64,000 nucleotides of DNA, taken from the NCBI GenBank assembly GCA_016284635.1, contig JAEEPF010000001.1:10041-74040 (forward strand). Reading direction: 5' to 3'. Within the stretch, counting starts at the first letter, position 1, and each line of letters opens with the position of its first letter. Both the position numbers and the translations under genes were made by a program. The notes under the pieces are model-generated. The model saw only the letters and a program-made list of their open reading frames with translations. It ran no database searches and was not told the DNA's origin. Positions 8,651 through 17,477 of this stretch are shown here, piece by piece. The stretch is from Prevotella sp. (GTDB lineage Bacteria; Bacteroidota; Bacteroidia; Bacteroidales; Bacteroidaceae).

Positions 8651-11637
8651 TATTCTACATCTTTTTCTAATTGGTGCAACACCTTCGAGGGAGAGATACT
8701 TATCTGATCCGGGTTACTGACGTTCAGCAGACTTGGGCTGAAGATGATGAAGTTCAAGACGAAGATCAGGGCCAGGATACTCCACAAGACATAGTGGAGC
8801 ACGCTCTCGCCGCTGATGGAACGCACCTGATCCGTCACATCGTTCAATATGCCGAACTTAGAACCATTAAACCTATATGACTTGGTCTTGAAGGTATAGT
8901 ACAGCGGTTCCAGCAACGTGGACTTCACATCGTCGTCGAGTACCTCTGAGATCAGTTTACTGTCAGCTTTCTGGTCGCCACGGAAGTCTGTCAGATGGCA
9001 GACCAGCATATAAGCAAGGGTGATGAGGACGATGGTCACATTAAACAAGCTCGGATGTGACTGGCCCATATACTTTAGTATTATAATAGGTATAAAGGAA
9101 GACAAGGCTCCCGCTATGCCCCATAAGACTGAGAACATAAAGTCATAACCACGGAAATAAGCCCTCGTTCCGACGATGATGCCTGTCATACCACCCAACG
9201 GCAGACCGATGCAAAGGAAGGTATGATTCAGCAGGTAGGTACGGTCTTTGACACCAATGAACAGCACCAACAGAATCCAAAGGCCGCACAGCGAATAGAA
9301 GACTGTCCGCCACAGCTGCTCCCTACCTTTGGCCCGCTGCCAGTTGTCACGGACACTCTTCACCCGTTTCGTCGTCTCCTCACAAGCATCAACGAAACGT
9401 TTATGATAAGGATATGAGAAATCAATCTCACCGAGCTTCCTCAGCCACTGCTCCAACGACCGTTCATAAGCATATTCCTCAGAGAAGTCGGTCTGCGGAT
9501 TCTCGTGATAGAATACCGAAAGCCACTGGGGGAACGAGCCATTACGGATCTCATTGCGAACCAGAGCGTTGTTGTGGATGTTCAGATTAAGTCCGTCAGT
9601 ATATTCCGTTCCGTCTGGCATCTTATAGACTGGTGTCACACCAAGGATACGGCAGAAACGATAGGTGGCCGTCTTATAGTCATAGATTCCGAGGCGTTCA
9701 CGGTTCTCTTCTGTCTTCAGATCGAAACAACGGTTATATTCATTGAGGATCTCCGTCCAGCCGTGCAACTGGGCATAATAGCTGAAACGGCCGTTCAAAT
9801 CCGTCAGATCACTCATCTCTTCACAGAACTCCTTCTCGCCAAGATTCTGTGCCTGCTTCAACCGTTCACAGAGGTATTCACCTATCTGGATCGATGTGGA
9901 AGCATGTTTCAAGTCGTAAGCGGCATCACGGTCCAGATTGTAAAGCACCTTGTATGACAGGGCTTCCGAATAGGGCTGTCCCTCCGTCAGGATTCTCAGA
10001 CTCTCACAGGCCATCCGGTCTTCGTGACTATACATCCATGACAGCAGACGGCCATCCGTCAGGCTGCACCAGTCATCCGCCGTCAGAACCTCTCTGCCAA
10101 AAGTCTTCACAATCTCCTTCAACGAAGAAGACGGGAAACGAGGAATCAGCGGAATCTCCGGATCTATCTCCAAAGCCGTCCTGATGATGGCCACACGGAT
10201 CTTAGAAGCGTCTGACTTAGAGAAGTATGAGCGGATACGCTCCACATTGCACTTCGTATGAGACTCCAAATACAAGAACAGGCTATCGTTCGGATTGGTC
10301 AGCAACAGGCCATACTCTTTCTGGTAACTCAACAATGAGATTGCCAGGCTGTGTATATCTTCGCACAGGTTCCCTTTCACATCCTTGTAAGGATAGGTCG
10401 GTTCCATCGCATAGACAGCAGCCATCAGACCGGCACGCTGGTCGACGGGATAACGGTTCACGACGATATCCTTCACGATGGTACTCAACTTCTGGTTACC
10501 ACAGGACTCCAGCCAACTGCTGATACGGCCCGTATAGAGATAGCCCATTGCCAGTTTCTCGTTGTCGAGAAGCAACGGTATCAGTTCATGGATATTGTCT
10601 GCCACCAGATTACGCTCTGGGTCGACGATGAAACTCTTGTATTTCAGGAAAGGCGAAGAGAGGTCTACCGAAGGCGTTCCACCAAGGAACCACTCCTCCA
10701 CCTGGTCATATCCCCAGCGCTTGGTGGGGTTTACGACGGTCAGTCCCTGTATCAACAGTCTGACGCGCTCCGGCAGTTCATTCATGTGGGGGATACGGCC
10801 TTCATTCTTCTGGCGCATCATCACACGTTCGTTGCTGCTCATAGGCGACTCTCCCAACCACAACGCCATCAGGGTGATACCCAATGAATAGAAGTCGGCA
10901 GCAGGTGTCACCTCCACCACGCCGTCAATCACATCGGCGTACATCTCCGGAGCTGCGAAGATCGGGGTACGGGCCTGGGTGGTCTTATGAGCCTTACCAT
11001 CCTGATCCAGCATGCTTGAAATGCCGAAGTCTCCCAGCACCAGTTCTGAATGTTCCATGTCGCGGAAGAAGAAGTTACTGGGCTTGACATCCTTGTGCAG
11101 GATATTGCTCTGATGACAATAGGCCAAAGCGGCAGCCCCCATCAGGGCGATACGGCGGAACTTGTCCAGGTCGCCATTCAGACGATACTCCGACAATGTG
11201 CCTCCCTTCAGGTATTCCATCAGTTCATAATAACGGTGCTTGCCGTCAACGTATGTCTTACCGAAATCGTAGACTCTGACGATCATCTCAAAGCCGAAGT
11301 TATAGACGGCCTGAAGGATCTTCCGATTCACGTCGAAGTTCGGATAATAAATCTTCAACACATAGGTTTCCTTATCACGTTCCACTAGGAAAACCTGTGC
11401 CTCGCCGGAGTTGTCACTCAAGACTCTCAGTCGTCGGTAGCTGATACCTTTCAGGATAAAGAAATCATCCTTGACATCGCCTGCCGAGGCTTCAATACCG
11501 TCAGCTCGCGCCGTACCGTCCAAAGAGGGCGATGACGGCTCGACTATCGAAGGGCGCATCGTCCCGTCAACATCTGGTCGTAACGTATGTTCCGTCTGAT
11601 CCGGGCGTCCTGTATCCAAAGTTCTTTCCGTACTCAT
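8650..11637 (-). CDS. Membrane-anchored Hanks-type Ser/Thr protein kinase
   Basis: VLKIY, HKDVKPSN, DFG, APE, DFYSLG motifs; long central region of unknown type; about five C-terminal hydrophobic helices. Confidence 0.92.
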   Translation of the reverse strand: MSTERTLDTGRPDQTEHTLRPDVDGTMRPSIVEPSSPSLDGTARADGIEASAGDVKDDFFILKGISYRRLRVLSDNSGEAQVFLVERDKETYVLKIYYPNFDVNRKILQAVYNFGFEMIVRVYDFGKTYVDGKHRYYELMEYLKGGTLSEYRLNGDLDKFRRIALMGAAALAYCHQSNILHKDVKPSNFFFRDMEHSELVLGDFGISSMLDQDGKAHKTTQARTPIFAAPEMYADVIDGVVEVTPAADFYSLGITLMALWLGESPMSSNERVMMRQKNEGRIPHMNELPERVRLLIQGLTVVNPTKRWGYDQVEEWFLGGTPSVDLSSPFLKYKSFIVDPERNLVADNIHELIPLLLDNEKLAMGYLYTGRISSWLESCGNQKLSTIVKDIVVNRYPVDQRAGLMAAVYAMEPTYPYKDVKGNLCEDIHSLAISLLSYQKEYGLLLTNPNDSLFLYLESHTKCNVERIRSYFSKSDASKIRVAIIRTALEIDPEIPLIPRFPSSSLKEIVKTFGREVLTADDWCSLTDGRLLSWMYSHEDRMACESLRILTEGQPYSEALSYKVLYNLDRDAAYDLKHASTSIQIGEYLCERLKQAQNLGEKEFCEEMSDLTDLNGRFSYYAQLHGWTEILNEYNRCFDLKTEENRERLGIYDYKTATYRFCRILGVTPVYKMPDGTEYTDGLNLNIHNNALVRNEIRNGSFPQWLSVFYHENPQTDFSEEYAYERSLEQWLRKLGEIDFSYPYHKRFVDACEETTKRVKSVRDNWQRAKGREQLWRTVFYSLCGLWILLVLFIGVKDRTYLLNHTFLCIGLPLGGMTGIIVGTRAYFRGYDFMFSVLWGIAGALSSFIPIIILKYMGQSHPSLFNVTIVLITLAYMLVCHLTDFRGDQKADSKLISEVLDDDVKSTLLEPLYYTFKTKSYRFNGSKFGILNDVTDQVRSISGESVLHYVLWSILALIFVLNFIIFSPSLLNVSNPDQISISPSKVLHQLEKDVE

Positions 11638-11640
11638 ATC

Positions 11641-12582
11641 TTACTTATCGTCTTTAATTTCCTTTTTAACATCCTTGCCAAGAATAATCCACTTGCCTCC
11701 TAACTGTGGCTTGGCACAGCCACAAGGACTGGAGTGCAAGGCGTGCTTGAAATTGCACTCCCAAGCCAGTCTGACACCTTGCGGGCGGCAGGCCATCGCA
11801 TAGTTGCGGACCTGGGCCGGCTTGGGCTGTGGTACCTGAACCATCTTATTCAGGATGGCGGCTATCTGGTCAAGACGTTCCTTCTTCTTGGCATTATACT
11901 CTTCCTTGCTCAGCCGTTTGTTCTGCGCCTCTGAAATCACCGGATGGGCGATGCCTCGGTCTTCGGCCAACAAAGTAAGCACCCGTTCACGCAACTTGAT
12001 GTTCCGCTGGTCCTTGAGCAGGTCACGCTCTGAAGAGTAAGGGATACTCTGCTCCAACTGCTGAAGGCTCGTGGCCAACTTCTGAAGTTCCTGGAACTCA
12101 GGCATCTCGTGTACTTTCTCAAGCAACTGACGGGCTTCCTCTGTCAGGGCGGAGCCACATTGCTTACAGAAAGAGAAGTCGTTCAACGTATGGCATACTG
12201 GACAGACGATGCCGCCCCTCGGACTACCGCACTCTGGGCAGAACGCATCATTGCTGCTCAGTCTGGCACCACAGAAACTGCAGACATCGTGCTTGATATA
12301 TCTGCGGCACGACTCGCAGAAGTCAGCATCAGGGTCGAGTTCTGCACCACAGTTAGGACAAGCGGTCTTGCCGATAGGATTGCCACACGATGCACAATAA
12401 ACAGCCTCAGCGTCATTGATGGTTCCACAATAGGGGCACTTGACACCAACGGCACTTTGCATCTTCATCTCTTGCTGACTACGTGTTTCAACTTCACGAG
12501 TCCGCGTCATCTCTCCGCGTTGTCTCTCCAGCACAGCATTACTGTTATTCTCTGGGTTAAGTGTAATATCTTCGTCCATCAT
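11641..12582 (-). CDS. Multi zinc-ribbon (DZR-type) protein
   Basis: Eight CxxC knuckles (CPYC/CASC, CPNC/CESC, CSFC/CPEC, CPVC/CKQC), helical middle, Cys/His-rich C-terminus. Confidence 0.85.
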   Translation of the reverse strand: MMDEDITLNPENNSNAVLERQRGEMTRTREVETRSQQEMKMQSAVGVKCPYCGTINDAEAVYCASCGNPIGKTACPNCGAELDPDADFCESCRRYIKHDVCSFCGARLSSNDAFCPECGSPRGGIVCPVCHTLNDFSFCKQCGSALTEEARQLLEKVHEMPEFQELQKLATSLQQLEQSIPYSSERDLLKDQRNIKLRERVLTLLAEDRGIAHPVISEAQNKRLSKEEYNAKKKERLDQIAAILNKMVQVPQPKPAQVRNYAMACRPQGVRLAWECNFKHALHSSPCGCAKPQLGGKWIILGKDVKKEIKDDK

Positions 12583-12610
12583 AATTTAGCATTTTATCAT
12601 AAGTTAGGTG

Positions 12611-12618
12611 CAAAGATA
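12611..12618 (-). promoter_or_regulatory. Bacteroidetes sigma-A -7 box for the kinase/AAA operon
   Basis: TATCTTTG on minus strand about 30 nt upstream of ATG 12582 (consensus TAnnTTTG). Confidence 0.7.
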
Positions 12619-12638
12619 TGAAAAAAAACTAATTAAAC

Positions 12639-12672
12639 AAAAAAAACCGCCGTAAATTTACATTTACGACGG
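12639..12672 (-). terminator. Intrinsic terminator after pepO
   Basis: Minus strand CCGTCGTAAAT-gtaa-ATTTACGGCGG followed by a T run. Confidence 0.8.
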
Positions 12673-12697
12673 CATTTTATGCTAAAAAGAGCCATTT

Positions 12698-14731
12698 TTA
12701 CCACAATTGGAGGCGTTCTGACTCAGGAATAAACATCTTATCTCCCTCTTTTATGCCAAATGCCTCATACCAGGCATTGACATGCGGAAGGGCTCCGTTG
12801 ACACGCCAACGGCCCAAAGAATGGGGGTCGCTCTTCGTGCGATTACGGATCTCCTCTTCCGTGATATTGCCTGCCCAGACACCAGCATAAGCATGGAAGA
12901 AACGCTGGTCGGCCGTCAGACCATCCTTCTCTCCCAAAGGCTGACGCTTCGTTGCATTCTTATAAGCAGTATATGCTACCTGCAGACCACCGTGATCAGC
13001 GAGGTTCTCACCTAACGTCAGCCGCCCGTTGGCCTTGAGGTCAGGCAGCACGTCAATGGCAGAGAAGAAATCAGCATACTTATCCGTACGCTCTGTAAAG
13101 TTCTTTCCATCGGTTTCCTTCCACCAGTCGTGCATATTTCCGTCCTTGTCGAAGCGACGGCCAGAGTCATCGAAACCGTGCGTCATCTCGTGGCCGATCA
13201 CCACACCGATGGCTCCATAGTTGAAGGCATCGTCGGCATTCATATCGAAGAATGGATACTGCAGAATACCTGCTGGGAAGCAGATTTCGTTGGTAGTGGG
13301 GTTATAGTAGGCATTGACGGTCTGTGGCGTCATATACCAATCGTCACGGTCAACGGGCTTACCAACGGTATGATCAAGCCTCCAGGCATTCCAGAACTTG
13401 GCGCACTCCTGTATATTTTCGTAATAAGATTTGGTAGGATCAATCTGAAGCTTAGAAAAGTCCGTCCACTTATCCGGGTAACCCACCTTGACATAGAAGG
13501 TATTCAGTTTCAGTAGGGCGTTGACCTTCGTCGAGTCGTCCATCCAATCTTGGGCAGCGATACGCTCGCCAAGGGCGATCTGGAGGTTCTTGATCAGCGT
13601 GATCATACGCTGCTTGGCGGCCTCAGGGAAGTATTTCTCCGAGTAGATCTTACCCAGCGCCTCACCCATCACACGCTCCACCTGACTGGTGCTGCGCTTC
13701 CAGAGCGGATGGTTCTCCTTACGACCAGAACGGACACGGCCGTTGAAGTCGAAGCTCTCTGCGACAGTAGCATCGCTCAGATAATTGGCTGCACCAGAGA
13801 TAAAGCCCCACTCCATCACATCACGATATTCTGCGGGTTTGATACCTGCCACGAGTGCGTTGGCACCCTCTAAGAAAGCAGGCTGTCCGACAACCATCTC
13901 CTGCAGGTATTTCGTATCGACGCCCTGGGCGTTCATCACCTTCACCAGCGGGAGGTTGGGATACTTGGACTCGAACTCCTGCAGGGTCATCTTGTTGTAG
14001 TTGGCCTCTGGGTCACGGAGTTCGGTACGCGACTTTGACACTTTGGCCAGAGCCGTCTCCACCTTCATGATGTTCTGCATCTTCTTCGTGGCAGCACCTT
14101 TGCTGAAGCCAAAGAGCTGGAACATCTTGACGACGTGCTTCTTGAAAGCCTCTCGGATGTCGGCCGTTGCCTTGTCGTTATCGAGGTAATACTCTTTCTG
14201 ACCCATCGAGAGACCACCCTGATAGACGTTCAGGATGTTCTGCGTGGCGTTCTTCTCGTCAGCACCAAAGCCACAGAAGAAAAACTCTTCCTCACCGTAT
14301 GGTGCCAGTTCCAGCTGAATAGCCTGCAACTGGGCATTGGTCTTGGCAGCCTCTAAGCGCTTGATGAGCGGCATCAGGGGAGCCACACCCTCCTGATTCC
14401 TGCGGACAGAGTCCATCGCAAGTTTATAGAGGTCGCTGAGTTTCTGCTCCAGCGTGCCTTTCTCATAGTTGTTCTCAAGGAGTTCCTTCAGGATGCCGTT
14501 CACCCGCTTGTCATTGTCCTCCTGCAGACGGTCGAAGCTGCCGTAGCGGGAATAGGCTGCCGGCAGGGGATTCTTCTTCATCCATCCGCCACAGGCATAC
14601 TCATAGAAGTCATCACCAGGACGAACAGTCTGATTAAAGTCTGTCACATCCAGTCCGGAGCGCAGTCCGTCCTGAGCCATTGTCATCAAGGAAACTGCGG
14701 CCATAGCCATCATTGTTACAATTCTTTTCAT
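12698..14731 (-). CDS. pepO: M13 family metalloendopeptidase (PepO), signal peptide
   Basis: PGDDFYEYACGGW, VNAYY, GHEMTHGFD (HExxH), GENLAD, DPHS motifs. Confidence 0.93.
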   Translation of the reverse strand: MKRIVTMMAMAAVSLMTMAQDGLRSGLDVTDFNQTVRPGDDFYEYACGGWMKKNPLPAAYSRYGSFDRLQEDNDKRVNGILKELLENNYEKGTLEQKLSDLYKLAMDSVRRNQEGVAPLMPLIKRLEAAKTNAQLQAIQLELAPYGEEEFFFCGFGADEKNATQNILNVYQGGLSMGQKEYYLDNDKATADIREAFKKHVVKMFQLFGFSKGAATKKMQNIMKVETALAKVSKSRTELRDPEANYNKMTLQEFESKYPNLPLVKVMNAQGVDTKYLQEMVVGQPAFLEGANALVAGIKPAEYRDVMEWGFISGAANYLSDATVAESFDFNGRVRSGRKENHPLWKRSTSQVERVMGEALGKIYSEKYFPEAAKQRMITLIKNLQIALGERIAAQDWMDDSTKVNALLKLNTFYVKVGYPDKWTDFSKLQIDPTKSYYENIQECAKFWNAWRLDHTVGKPVDRDDWYMTPQTVNAYYNPTTNEICFPAGILQYPFFDMNADDAFNYGAIGVVIGHEMTHGFDDSGRRFDKDGNMHDWWKETDGKNFTERTDKYADFFSAIDVLPDLKANGRLTLGENLADHGGLQVAYTAYKNATKRQPLGEKDGLTADQRFFHAYAGVWAGNITEEEIRNRTKSDPHSLGRWRVNGALPHVNAWYEAFGIKEGDKMFIPESERLQLW

Positions 14732-14732
14732 A

Positions 14733-16730
14733 TCATTCGTTTAAAAGTTTCTCTAATTCCTCACTCAGTTTCTCCCAGCGCTCCACCTCCTCGTCGAGGC
14801 TCCGCTTGGTCGAGGTGTATTCTGTCACCAGCGTCATGTCCGAGGCGTTCTCAGGCACCATCAGCAGTTCGTCGAGTTCCTTCAGGCGCTGTTCCATCTT
14901 CTCGATCTTCGCTTCCGACTCCTTCACGGCCTTCTCACCGCGCTTGATACGCTTCTGTTGCTCCTTATGCTCGGCATAGCTGAGGGCTTTGGAGAGCGTT
15001 TCGGGATTGTTTCCCTGCTGTGGACTGACAGTTTCCTTAGGGTAAACTGTCGGTTTACCCTGGCTAAACTGGGAGTTTACCTTGGGGAAACTGTCGCTTT
15101 GCTTGCCTAACTCATTGAGTTCGCTGATTTGTTTCGTGCGGAGGAAGTCGTAGATGCCGCCGAGATGCTCCCTCACTCGGCCTCCTCCAAACTCGTAGAC
15201 CTTCGTGACGAGGCCGTCTAAGAACTCACGGTCGTGGGAGACGATGATGGCTGTACCGTCGAAGGCTTTTATTGCTTCTTTAAGCACATCCTTGGAAGGC
15301 ATGTCGAGATGGTTCGTCGGCTCGTCGAGAATCAGCAGGTTCACAGGTTCCAGGAGCAGACGGATCATCGCCAGACGACTGCGTTCGCCACCGCTGAGCA
15401 CCTTGACTTTCTTATCCGACTCCTCGCCGCCAAACATGAAGGCGCCAAGGATATCGTTGATTCTCAGGCGGATATCACCCTTCGCCACATTATCAATAGT
15501 TTGGAAGACGGTCAGGCTCTCGTCGAGCAGCTGGGCCTGGTTCTGGGCGAAATAGCCGATCTGGATATTATGGCCGATCTTCAGTTCGCCGGTAAAGGGA
15601 ATCTCGCCCATGATACATTTCACAAGCGTAGACTTTCCTTCGCCGTTCTTGCCTACGAAGGCCACCTTCTCGCCTCGCTTGATGGTGAGCGTCACGTGGT
15701 CGAAGACGGTATGGGCACCATAGTCCTTACGCACCTCGTCGCAGATGACGGGATAGTCACCAGAGCGCAGACAGGGAGGGAATTTCAGGTGCATCGCAGA
15801 GTTATCGACCTCGTCAATCTCAATGGGTACGATCTTCTCCAACTGCTTGATTTTCTGCTGCACCTGAACGGCCTTGGTAGCCTTATAACGGAAGCGCTCA
15901 ATGAAGTCCTTCATCTCAGCCATTTCCTTCTGCTGGTTCTCGTAGGCTCTGATCTGCTGCTCACGACGTTCCTGACGCAAGACAACGTACTCGTTGTATT
16001 TGACTTTATAGTCGATCACCCTTCCGCAGGAGATTTCCAGCGTGCGGTTTGACACATTATTTATAAATGCACGGTCATGACTCACTAAGACGACGGCACT
16101 CGCCGACTGCGCCAAGAACTGCTCCAGCCATTGGATAGACTCAATATCGAGGTGGTTAGTGGGCTCGTCAAGTAACAGCACATCGGGTTTCTGCAAAAGG
16201 ATCTTAGCCAGCTCGATACGCATACGCCAGCCTCCAGAAAATTCTGAGGTAGGTCGCTCGAAGTCTGAACGTAGGAAACCCAGTCCGATGAGCGTCCTTT
16301 CGAGTTCTGCCTCACGACTCTCTGCGCCCATCATCAGATAGCGCTCGTGTTCCGTCGTGTATTTCTCTATCAGCGCGAGATAACTCTCACTCTCGTAGTC
16401 CGTCCGCTCTGCCAGTTCATTGTTCATCCTGTCGAGCCGTTCCTTCATCTTCGTGATGTCAGCAAAGGCTTTCTGAGCCTCCTCACGGACGGTCGTATCA
16501 TCCTGAAGAATCATCACCTGAGGCAGATAACCGATGCGACAGTCGTTGGGAATGCTCACCATTCCTGCCGTCGGCTTCTGCTGTCCGCAAAGGATCTTCA
16601 GCATCGTCGACTTGCCGGCACCGTTCTTTCCCACAAGGGCAATACGGTCGCGATCGTTGATGACAAAACTCGCATCAGCGAATAACGGCTTTACGCCAAA
16701 CTCTACTTTCAGTCCTTCTACAGATATCAT
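14733..16730 (-). CDS. ABC-F family ATP-binding protein
   Basis: Two ABC cassettes (GKNGAGKST/FSGGWRMR/LLDEPTNHLD and GKNGEGKST/LSGGERSR/LDEPTNHLD), no TM, C-terminal coiled coil. Confidence 0.93.
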   Translation of the reverse strand: MISVEGLKVEFGVKPLFADASFVINDRDRIALVGKNGAGKSTMLKILCGQQKPTAGMVSIPNDCRIGYLPQVMILQDDTTVREEAQKAFADITKMKERLDRMNNELAERTDYESESYLALIEKYTTEHERYLMMGAESREAELERTLIGLGFLRSDFERPTSEFSGGWRMRIELAKILLQKPDVLLLDEPTNHLDIESIQWLEQFLAQSASAVVLVSHDRAFINNVSNRTLEISCGRVIDYKVKYNEYVVLRQERREQQIRAYENQQKEMAEMKDFIERFRYKATKAVQVQQKIKQLEKIVPIEIDEVDNSAMHLKFPPCLRSGDYPVICDEVRKDYGAHTVFDHVTLTIKRGEKVAFVGKNGEGKSTLVKCIMGEIPFTGELKIGHNIQIGYFAQNQAQLLDESLTVFQTIDNVAKGDIRLRINDILGAFMFGGEESDKKVKVLSGGERSRLAMIRLLLEPVNLLILDEPTNHLDMPSKDVLKEAIKAFDGTAIIVSHDREFLDGLVTKVYEFGGGRVREHLGGIYDFLRTKQISELNELGKQSDSFPKVNSQFSQGKPTVYPKETVSPQQGNNPETLSKALSYAEHKEQQKRIKRGEKAVKESEAKIEKMEQRLKELDELLMVPENASDMTLVTEYTSTKRSLDEEVERWEKLSEELEKLLNE

Positions 16731-16757
16731 CGGATTGACGATTTACAGATTGACGAT

Positions 16758-17387
16758 CTATTTGTCGCGCTTATCGACGAACTCATAGTCTTTGAACTTC
16801 TCCTTAGGGAAACGAAGCATCTCGTCCGTGATGCCGCCAGATTGGAAGTTGGAGATCTTGATGGTCGTCCAGATGATCGACACCTTGATCCTCAGGCTGA
16901 TGGGATGATAGGTCTTGCGCTCCACCAGAGCGTGGATCTCCTTGATACCTTTCGCGCCCTTCTTGGCTTTCAACGTCAACATCAGTCCCTGCTCGTGTTC
17001 GGCGATGGAATAGTCGAAGTTGTCAGGCTCGAACTTGAACTTCGAGGAGTACTTGTCCGACTTGTTGTTCTTCGCACTATGGATCTCCACCTCTTTCTTC
17101 TTTTTCTTATTCTTGATGGTATAGACCGTCGTGCCATCGTTCCAGGAATTCATCTTCTCATCAACGAACTTACTTTTCTTACCTTTATACCATATCGTGC
17201 CGTTGGTCTTATAGATGCCGATGATGTTCACGTCGTAGTGCAAGGTAGCTCCCTGCTCTCCGAACACCTGCTGATAGGCACTATTGAAGATGCGGCGTGC
17301 CTGACGGGCATTAGGAGTCTCCTCTGCTTGCACGGAGCAAAGGGCCGTCAGAAGCAGCATCAGCATGAATACAATCCTTATTCTCAT
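16758..17387 (-). CDS. LolA-like periplasmic protein with signal peptide (start revised to 17387)
   Basis: MRIRIVFMLMLLLTALCSVQA signal; GTIWYKGKK..WNDGTTVY and C-terminal F.FP...F.D...VD.R pattern typical of LolA-like carriers; -7 box TAATTTTG at 17409-17416. Confidence 0.6.
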   Translation of the reverse strand: MRIRIVFMLMLLLTALCSVQAEETPNARQARRIFNSAYQQVFGEQGATLHYDVNIIGIYKTNGTIWYKGKKSKFVDEKMNSWNDGTTVYTIKNKKKKKEVEIHSAKNNKSDKYSSKFKFEPDNFDYSIAEHEQGLMLTLKAKKGAKGIKEIHALVERKTYHPISLRIKVSIIWTTIKISNFQSGGITDEMLRFPKEKFKDYEFVDKRDK

Positions 17388-17408
17388 TCTTTTTTCACTT
17401 TCGGGGTG

Positions 17409-17446
17409 CAAAATTACAAATTTCTCGCGGATTATTACTATTTTTG
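17409..17446. promoter_or_regulatory. Divergent -7 promoter boxes (LolA-like/ABC-F/pepO operon and tex)
   Basis: TAATTTTG on minus (17409-17416) and TATTTTTG on plus (17439-17446). Confidence 0.65.
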
Positions 17447-17477
17447 CACACAAATTAACGATTTTACTTGCGTAAGT

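Noticed and set aside
5615-8707. Long antisense ORFs (324 and 432 aa) opposite the AAA gene, and similar ones at 3108, 15234, 28751, 45282, 55424, 56992
   Set aside because: No recognisable motifs; typical stop-poor reverse frames of genes with biased codon usage
3974-12582. Kinase/FHA/PP2C/AAA cluster as part of a T6SS or T7SS
   Set aside because: No Tss, VgrG, Hcp, FtsK/EccC or WXG100 genes; the ATPase is SpoVK/CbbX-type, not ClpV
16842-17477. 212-aa N-terminal extension of Tex in the ORF track
   Set aside because: It is the antisense shadow of the LolA-like gene; Tex homology and a -7 promoter point to ATG 17478
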